DNA of 64,000 nucleotides, taken from assembly GCA_963693365.1 (NCBI GenBank), contig CAVNZM010000015.1, positions 6,039,507 to 6,103,506 of the forward strand, given 5' to 3'. The notes under the pieces are model-generated. The model was not told the origin of the DNA. It did no database searches and saw only the letters and a list, made by a program, of their open reading frames with translations. This document shows, piece after piece, positions 55,379 to 64,000 of this stretch. A program made the position numbers and the translations under genes. This stretch comes from Amoebidium appalachense. Taxonomy: Eukaryota; Protista; Ichthyosporea. Position 1 is the first letter of the stretch; each line of letters starts with the position of its first letter.

Positions 55379-57163
55379 GCACTTATACCCATCAGCACAA
55401 GTCCGGATGTCCTTAACCCCCCATTAAATTGTCTGATGGGTTGCGAATGCATACGGGATATATGAAAGACGTCTTTCGGGCTTTCATGTCTTTTACGTCT
55501 TAAAGATATCTTGGACGGATTGAGGACATATTTTTATCATCCCGGAACATGGGGTAGTTAACAGATGTCCTAAAGACGTCTGCACTCATTCTACAGGATG
55601 TCTATGAGAGATACCGATACATATTATATAGATGTGTGTAAGATGCATTATACACGCAAGTAAGTTGACACAAGGCGCTCGTGGGATGGGCGTAGAGATA
55701 TGTTAAAGATGTACTGCGGAGATCTTAGTACAATCTTTATCCTCTCTTAATCCCGTATGGCCATGCAACATTTGCGAAACGAACTGATTGCGTTAGAATG
55801 TCGTCAGGATATATCACAGCTAGGCAGTGGATCATCTAAGGAGATCTTTGGAGAGTTCTTTTGTAGCGCTATTGGCCATCCAAATTATATCTTCAAGACA
55901 GGCCATGTCTGTGCATGTGATATGCTAACGCAATCTTAGGCAAGTATTGGTGATACCTTTCTGTGATCTTCACGCCCTATTTGGGGTAGCTTAAAGATGT
56001 TCAGAGTTGCAATTAGGTATTGTGTTAGGATTACTTTAGGACCTCTTTAAGGCTTTACTGGGATCGATTTAGATGATCTTTAAGTGTTCCCTGGGATAGA
56101 AAAGCAAAGCACGTATCGCTATCCTCAGCCACGGCGTCTTCACCACCCGGTCAATGCCGATTACCCAGGACCACGATCCATGATGGGCGGGTTAGCTCAA
56201 TATATACGGCCGGAAAAGGGGTTTCGCATTTGATTGTGGGATAGATCACTCCAACGTTTTTGATTGGTTGTTTTTTAGGATCGAATTTCACACTGCATTC
56301 ACAATGAAGGCGTCACAAGGTACGCTTGAAACATGAAACATGAAGGCGTCGCGCAGGTGCGCGCGAGGCGTTGATAGCCAATGGAAACAAAGATTTACTG
56401 GAGGGGTGCAAACCAGAATCCGAAGCACTGTTATCATTACAATCATGATCCGTCTAATGTAAGTAAAACTGGGGCATTCAACTGCCAAATACAGAAGTTT
56501 TAGTTATAATAATATTTAAGGTACCTATAAATTAGGCGAGATACCTTGGCAAACGGTGCAATGCCTGCGCGGAGCAAGTGGCCGGTGCGTGGAATTTACC
56601 CTAAATAAACACATTAAAAAATAAAAAAAATAAAAAAATGCACAAAAAACGCAAAAAAACGCAAAGATATATATCGCATACCTTAGGAAGCTCCTAAGAA
56701 TATCATCACGCTATACTAGAGCTATACTTACTATTCTGTCAGTACGTCCTGAATAAATACGCCAACCATACCTGAAACTGCAGTGCGGATCGCCGACCAT
56801 AAAACTCCTTACACCCCACCACCCTAAGATACACTCCCTCCTCACCTTCTTGCAGTCTAATATAGCAGCTGTTGTATGGGAATATTTTTCTTTTCACTGG
56901 AAGAGGCAGATCCCCCCGTGGAGTCCCCCGTGCTTCAGCAGGCGTTAAGCCCGCTAGGAACAACTGCAGCTGTAGCGGCAGGAACTTTAGGCAATTGCCA
57001 CGTCCTTCAAGCCTGGGGCTGGGGTCGAAGTTCCCTTCTGATGCAAAATAGGCATCCAGCTTTGCAAGGTGCAGGCCTTTCTTATCCTGCAAGCCTGTGT
57101 TTGGGACAAAAGGATTCGAGTGGATCAGAGTAATCTTCCGCAGCGCAGCGGCGGGCCCGCCGG

Positions 57164-57198
<35 letters not shown>

Positions 57199-58047
57199 GT
57201 TGCCATTGCCTTGGAAATAGCCACCCAATGTGTAAACCCCCCCCCCCCCCCCCCCCCCCACCCCAAAAAAAAAGCACACCATACAATGACCCCCCACCCC
57301 CACATGGACCCAACCTATGGGACCAGCAAATTTAAGTGGGGGTGTGTGAGCCATCACGTTTGATGCCTCCCCCCCCCCCCCTTCCCCCCCCCCCTCCCCC
57401 CCCCCCCTCCCCCCCCCCTCCCCCCCCCCCCCCCCCCCCTCCCCCCCCCCCCCCCCCTCTCCCCCCCGTCCATTCGGAGGGTTTTGGCAGATATTGAGAT
57501 TTTAGATTTTTCGTCTTGAAATTCCCCGATCACGTTCCCCCCTCCGTCGGGAAAAAATCCTACGGACTCCCCCGTGTGTACTTTGCATTAACATACCTTC
57601 CCATTGGGAAAACAAAAAAAAACTGCATCGAAATCCGTCCATTCTGAGGGTTTTTGCACGTTTTTTCCCTCCACAACACATGCACACTATAGAATGACCC
57701 CCCCCCCTCTTGGACCCCCCCTGATGGGCCGGCAAATGCCCGTGGGGATGTGTGGGTGAACGTGGGCACTCCCCCCCACCCCCATCTACGTTTGGTGGTG
57801 AGAAAGTCAGCTACTTGCTAAAGGAAAGGGTGTTTGGGTTTTTTGAATACGAAGGCTGGTATGTTGCATGCGGGACTGGAGAAAACACTGAAATTCCCCG
57901 ATCACGTCCCCCCCCACCTCCGTCGGGAAAAAAATTCTACGGACTCCCCCGTGTGTACTTTGCATTAACATGCACACATGCACACACACGGTGCACCCCC
58001 CCCCCTCCCCTTCCCTCTCAACTGAGCACATACACACACACATACAT

Positions 58048-58088
<41 letters not shown>

Positions 58089-58245
58089 ACACACATGCAC
58101 ACATGCACACATGCACGGACACGAATCCCCCCCTTCCCCTTCCCTCTCCACCGAGCACATGCACACATGCACAGACATGCACGCCCACACACACACAACA
58201 CACACGATGCACACAGACATGCACACACACACAAACACACAACAC

Positions 58246-58316
<71 letters not shown>

Positions 58317-60272
58317 CACACACACGGTGCATTTCCCCCCTCCCCTTCCCTCTCAACAGAGCACACACACACACACGTGCACACATGCACACACACGGTG
58401 CATCCCCCCTCTCCCCCCCTTCCCTTTCAACTGAGCACATACACACACACAGACATGCACACACACACAACATACACAGACATCCACACATCAGACACAG
58501 AACAGCTTCTAGCACGAGACATTTACCACAAAGTTTATGGCGGGGATGGTGAATATGCCCCTGGAGTACGAGGGTCACACGAAAAAAACACAACGTTGTA
58601 GCTCGTATAGAACCCCCCTTGCAGCATAGTATAAGTACATGTGTTACCTAGACATTATTCGTTTTTTCAATAACTACCCACATAACAGCTTCTAGCACGA
58701 GAGCTTTACCGCAATGTTTATGGGGGGGATGGTGAATGTGCCCCTGGAGTACGAGGGTCACACGAAAAAAACACAACGTTGTAGCTCGTATAGAACCCCC
58801 CTTGTAGCATAGTATATGTACATAGTATGTTGCCTAGACATTATTGGTTTTTTCAATAACTACCCACAGAACAGCTTCTAGCACGAGACATTTACCAGAA
58901 CGTTTATGGGGGGGATGGAGAATGTGCCCCTGGAGTACGAGGGTCACACGAAAAAAACACAATGTTGTAGCTCGAATAGACCCCCCTTGTAGCATAGTAT
59001 ATGTCCATGTGTTACCTAGACATTATTGGTTTTTTCAATAACTACCCACAGAACAGCTTCTAGCACGAGACATTTACCACAACGTTTATGGGGGGGATGG
59101 TGAATGTGCCCCTGGAGTACAAGGGTCACACGAAAAAAACACAACGTTGTAGCTCGAATAGAACCCCCCTTGCAATTGTAGCATAGTATATGTACATGTG
59201 TTACCTAGACATTATTGGTTTTTTCAATAACTACCCACAGAACAGCTTCTAGCACGAGACCTTTACCACAACGTTTATGGGGGATATGGTGAATGTGCCC
59301 CTGGAGTACGAGGGTCACACGAAAAAAACACAACGTTGTAGCTCGTATAGAACCCCCCTTGTAGCATAGTATATGTACATATGTTACCTAGACATTATTG
59401 GTCTTTCAATAACTACCCACAGAACAGCCTCTAGCACGAGAGATTTACCACAACGTTTATGGGGGGGATGGTGAATGGGCCCCTGGAGTACGAGGGTCAC
59501 ACGAAAAAAACACAACGTTGTAGCTCGTATAGAACCCCCCTTGTAGCATAGTATATGTACATAGTATGTTACCTAGACATTATTGGTGTTTTCAATAACT
59601 ACCCACAGAACAGCTTCTAGCACGAGAAATTTACCAGAAAGTTTATGGGGGGGATGGAGAATGTGCCCCTGGAGTACGAGGGTCACACGAAAAAAACACA
59701 ATGTTGTAGCTCGAATAGAACCCCCCTTGTAGCATAGTATATGTACATATGTTACCTAGACATTATTGGTTTTTCAATAACTACCCACAGAACAGCCTCT
59801 AGCACGAGAGATTTACCACAAAGTTTATGGGGGGGATGGTGAATGGGCCCCTGGAGTACGAGGGTCACACAAAAAAAATACAACATTGTAGCTCGAATAG
59901 AACATCCCCTTGTAGCATAGCATATGTACATGTGTTACCTAGACATTATTCGTTTTTTCAATAACTACCCACAGAACAGCTTCTAGCACGAGAACTTTAC
60001 CACAAAGTTTATGGGGGGGATGGTGAATGTGCCCCTGGAGTACGAGGGTCACACGAAAAAAACACAACGGTGTAGCTCGTATAGAACCCCCTTTGTAGCA
60101 TAGTATATGTACATAGTATGTTACCTAGACATTATTGGTTTTTTCAATAACTACCCACATGCGGCATGTGTTACTTTCACGTTATTGGTTTCCTAGCACG
60201 GGATATTCAGCACACAGTTGGGGATGTGGGGGCAGTGTACACCTCAATATTGGTAAGGTGGTGGTGGGTGGG

Positions 60273-60303
<31 letters not shown>

Positions 60304-60782
60304 AGGGGGGGGTTCCACACAACCGAAACTGTCGGTGTTACAAGTGGTTCGGTCTTAGGAAGTTAGAATGGTGATTTTTTTTTATTCATAGCGGGAAACA
60401 ATATTATCCCCATTGCATATGGGGGGAACGAGGAGGGGGGGGGGGGGGGGGGGGGTTTCACAACGAATTCTATCGACTGTGCATAATTAATGTATATTGC
60501 ACATGTAGCCTGAAAGATTAAAGTGAATGTGTGTATGTATATGTGCGAGTATATTTGTGTATGCAATACATGTACAAAGTTTTCGTCTTTGTAGGTGGGT
60601 GGGTGGGGTGGGTGGGGGGGGGGGGGGGGGGGGGGGTGCGGGGGGGGGGAAGAGGGAGGGGGGAGGGGGCATCATGATCAGGGATAACAGGGTGTGTGCG
60701 TGTGTGCGCTTGTGTGTGCATGTGCTGTGTATGTTGTGTAGGTGTGCGCCTGTGTGTGTGTGCGTGCCTGTGTGTGCGCGCC

Positions 60783-60814
<32 letters not shown>

Positions 60815-60840
60815 GTGCATGTGTGAGTGTGTGTGCGTGC

Positions 60841-60890
<50 letters not shown>

Positions 60891-61474
60891 TTTCAAAGAA
60901 GTCGAAAGCGCCAGTAACACCCATGTTGAAAAAAAGACAAGCAAGCACGCTAAGAAGGACAGCAAGAAGTAACAGAAACCCTTTCATGCCGAAAAAATGG
61001 TCAAGAACAAAGAAGTGGAGGACACGTAACTATAGTCTGATAGTTGTGACTAAGGCACGGCCATCTAGAAACACCAGATGGCCGTGGACTAAGGGCACTA
61101 AGGGTAGCGCTAAGGGCACCAAGCCGGATGCACGCGCGCGCGCGAGCCCAAATCTATTTTCATCTTTTTCCTAATCAGGCGCGGCGAATAGTGATTGGCT
61201 AAATCCCAATCCGGTTTGCAATTTTTTCTCCATTTAAGCCTGTACGCACGTTGTTTGCTCCATTTCTCTTCCCCCTTCCCGCAGGTCCGCAGGTCCTTTC
61301 CCGCAGGTCGCCTGGTCGCAGGTCCCTTCCCGCAGGTCGCCTGGTCGCAGTTCCCTTCCCGCAGGTCGCCTGGTCACAGATCCCCTCCGCAGATCCCGCA
61401 GCCACCGTGCTGATTGTTTTGGACCATGCTGCCCTTTGAAGGTTAGTTTTGTGTTGCCTGCTTTTCTGCATATG
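55379..61474. mobile_element. Second, inverted, terminally truncated copy of the CACTA/CMC-like element
   Basis: Reverse complement of 48185-53109; lacks the terminal ~240 bp including the TIR; cut on the right by Copia D. Confidence 0.8.
58498..60159. repeat. ~183-bp tandem repeat, about 9 copies
   Basis: AACAGCTTCTAGCACGAG recurs at about 58501, 58684, 58870, 59052, 59241, 59423, 59609, 59791, 59975. Confidence 0.93.
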
Positions 61475-62504
61475 TGTTAAATTTTATAAGTATTTGGATG
61501 TAAGCAGAGACACAGTGGTGCAGTGTGAAAACACCACAGACACACACAACAACAAAACACGGAACGATCGGAGCAGTGTACACAACAGACATCAATGTTT
61601 AGACACGACTAAACTGAATTTATTCTGATCTTCGAATAAATACCTGAAATTCCTCTAAGTCCAATCCATACATGATTTCCGACCAATCGGAAATCAGATC
61701 TATCTCTAATAGAAACCAATCACTAAGAACTAATTGCTTTCAGAGAGATCCGGTACGCGGAGACGCACACGATAGGACACAGACACTAGTTAAGGTCAAC
61801 TCGTGTCATCATCAAGGAAGTTCTAACCTATGACATACTGCAAAGACTCAGACATATCACACTTAACCTTGATGATTGGTTAAAGCCCGGCAACACATGA
61901 AAACTAAAGTGAATTAATGAAGTCTAAACACACATGCTATTCTAAGTGTAGCCTAAGTGTGTTACCGTCCAATGAACACGTATTAAGTAACACAAATCTA
62001 CCTAACATATATTAGTAGAAAAGAAATACGATTATACACACGAAGACAAAGAGAGAAAGAAAAGAAAATAAGGAAGGAGAAAGAGGAAGGAAAAGAGAGC
62101 ACAGATCAACAAACAAGATAGTAATAGCATAACTATAACCAGAGATATTTATGTACACACGAACATGTACACGTCTCTCCCTGAGTGGGTGGATCCGTGT
62201 ACACACATATAAATATTCTAATCGATATTACAATACACGATTAGAGCCGATACAACACGATTACAAGTATACAAGCATATCGGAGATCGATGCTACACTT
62301 TACATAATAGGAGTGTGGCATATACGCTAAGCATATGAACTGAAACATAACACAAACTGAGAAGATCTTACCATATGTAAATACTACGTATTACAACATC
62401 CCCACTTAAGACTTTGAAGTTTGTGTTATCATATCCCCACTAAACTAGTGAAATCTCCCCACTTGAGAACAGAAACGAAAAAAAAAATTAAAGTGTGTAC
62501 TTTT

Positions 62505-62505
<1 letters not shown>

Positions 62506-62593
<88 letters not shown>

Positions 62594-62672
62594 GGGGGGG
62601 GGGAAGGGGGGGGGGGAGAGGGGGGGGGGGGGGAGGGGGGGGGGGGGGAAGGGGGGGGGGGGGGGGGGGGGG
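62506..62672. repeat. Poly-G / G-rich tract in the Copia D 3' UTR
   Basis: About 85 consecutive G followed by G runs broken by single or double A. Confidence 0.9.
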
Positions 62673-62893
62673 AAGGAACCGGGGCAAAAACAACGAATAT
62701 GTATAACGTGTATAGTCGGGGTTTGATTAACTGGGTTTTAAACCAGTGAAAGATAGAGTAGAGTCATGGTACAGGTCAAACCTTATATATAAACCCTAAG
62801 TGGGCATACCCACAAAGGCAATATTCATATGAAATAATGATTATGATAAAGGAAGTAGTAAACATTAGAAAATCACTCTTGAAGTAGGACGGG

Positions 62894-64000
62894 TCAATCC
62901 ACAATATCCGGTAAACAAAGTCGAGCACGATTGTTGACATGACTCGGGCCGGGGAGGGGTTTGGTGAGGATGTCAGCTAAGTTGTGGGCTGACTCAACGT
63001 AGTGGACAACCACGTCCCCACTTGCAATGTAGTCCTTGGTGTTGTGATACCGGACGGCAATGTGTTTGGTACGGTGCTTGATGCCGGTGGAGTTGACGAT
63101 GGCAATGGTCGACTGGTTGTCACAGTACACCGGAGTCGGAGCAAGCATGGGACAGCCGAGTTCCTTGAAGAGGTCACGGACCCAAGCAACTTCTTGGGTG
63201 CCAGCATTGAGAGCAATCAGCTCAGCTTCAGTGGTGCTGGTGGACGTGATGGGCTGGAGCTTGGAGTACCAGATGATGGGCATACCAGCAAACTCGATGA
63301 TGTAGCCGGTGGTAGACTTCTTGCTGTCGGCACAACCAGCAAAGTCAGCATCCGTGTAGCATTCGAGTATGGGGGCCTGGGTGGCCGAGTACTTGTAGTC
63401 AATGCCAAGGTCAATGGTGCCGAGCAGGTACCGGGCCACACGACGGAGAAGGTCCCAGTGAGTCTTGCCGGGGTTGGTGCTGAACCGACCAAGGAAGCCG
63501 ATGGCATAGGCAATGTCGGGACGTGTGCACCGTGCCACCCAGAGGAGACGGCCGAGTAACTCACGGTAGGGCACGGTGAACGGTTGGGGGGGGCAGTCAG
63601 CCAGGGAGACGGTGGTGCCTGCAGGGATGGGGGTAGACTTGGACTTGGCATCGGTGAGGTTGAAGTCGTGGATGATATCCATGATGTAAGACTTCTGGTG
63701 CATGTGGAGGTGATGGGGATCAGAGTGATTAAAATCAACACCGAGCATACGGTCAAATGGACTCATACGACAGCTGGCCATCTTGCTGATGTGGGCAGCC
63801 AGGTCACGGGCAGCAGTAGAACCCCGGGTGTTGGTGATGGTGGAGTCGTCGACGTAGTTACCAGCCCGAACCACATCGTTGTTGGGGAAGAACCGGAGGT
63901 AGATGCACGGGTCGGTCTTAGTACGGGTCAGGCCATGGGCAAGAAGAATGCCGTCGAGGAAGTCGTACCAAGCCTTGGAGGCTTGCTTGAGGCCGTACAG
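62894..64000 (-). CDS. Copia D pol C-terminus (RT and RNase H), 5'-partial
   Basis: LYGLKQASKAWY, DPCIY, YVDD, TRPDIAYA, YTDADFAG, RTKHIAVRYH, ADILTKPL. Confidence 0.93.
   Translation of the reverse strand: MYGLKQASKAWYDFLDGILLAHGLTRTKTDPCIYLRFFPNNDVVRAGNYVDDSTITNTRGSTAARDLAAHISKMASCRMSPFDRMLGVDFNHSDPHHLHMHQKSYIMDIIHDFNLTDAKSKSTPIPAGTTVSLADCPPQPFTVPYRELLGRLLWVARCTRPDIAYAIGFLGRFSTNPGKTHWDLLRRVARYLLGTIDLGIDYKYSATQAPILECYTDADFAGCADSKKSTTGYIIEFAGMPIIWYSKLQPITSTSTTEAELIALNAGTQEVAWVRDLFKELGCPMLAPTPVYCDNQSTIAIVNSTGIKHRTKHIAVRYHNTKDYIASGDVVVHYVESAHNLADILTKPLPGPSHVNNRARLCLPDIVD

Larger units (their letters stand above)
48185..61474. repeat. Large inverted repeat: arm 1 about 48185-53109, arm 2 about 55379-61474
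   Basis: Arms are reverse complements along their length, with scattered substitutions, small indels and different satellite copy numbers. Confidence 0.93.
61475..64000 (-). mobile_element. Ty1/Copia LTR retrotransposon D, 3' part (continues beyond the window)
   Basis: 3' LTR 61475-62398, PPT AAGTGGGGA at 62399-62407, RT/RNase H upstream. Confidence 0.93.

Noticed and set aside
52393-56095. Stand-alone TIR element CCCAGGG...CCCTGGG enclosing Copia fragments
   Set aside because: Inverted identity continues for kilobases outside these points and there is no TSD; it is part of two larger inverted copies
58498-60159. CRISPR array
   Set aside because: Whole units repeat with no unique spacers; no cas genes; eukaryotic context
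54189-62398. One LTR element, or an inversion bounded by the two Copia D LTRs
   Set aside because: The LTRs are inverted and the first has its own matching TSD CTTGA, so it is an independent solo LTR

Overview
Eukaryotic, microsatellite- and homopolymer-rich genomic DNA; the lineage cannot be identified from sequence alone, though a holozoan-like protist is plausible. 1-2965 is a decayed, intronless, virus-like gene block: patatin phospholipase, C2H2 zinc-finger pseudogene, two oppositely oriented halves of a DUF5906/D5-type primase-helicase, and an iteron-like repeat cluster. 3888-12807 is a 12-exon RsmH/MraW (METTL15-like) rRNA m4C methyltransferase gene with one apparent 1-nt frameshift. 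13377-13901 is an orphan TM/coiled-coil ORF. From about 14.6 kb to the end is a deeply nested transposon pile: two Ngaro/DIRS tyrosine-recombinase retrotransposons, four Copia elements (one with an intact ORF), a non-coding Gypsy-derived LTR element, a solo LTR, and large non-autonomous CACTA/CMC-like DNA elements. Two copies of the latter form a 5-6 kb inverted repeat carrying an expanding ~183-bp satellite. The most striking item is a 659-bp TRIM whose LTRs each carry a cloverleaf tRNA-like Pol III unit. A third, fold-back-rearranged copy of that LTR plus its PBS sits inside the first bases of the intact Copia's 5' LTR. All calls come from reading motifs by eye; no database searches were run.
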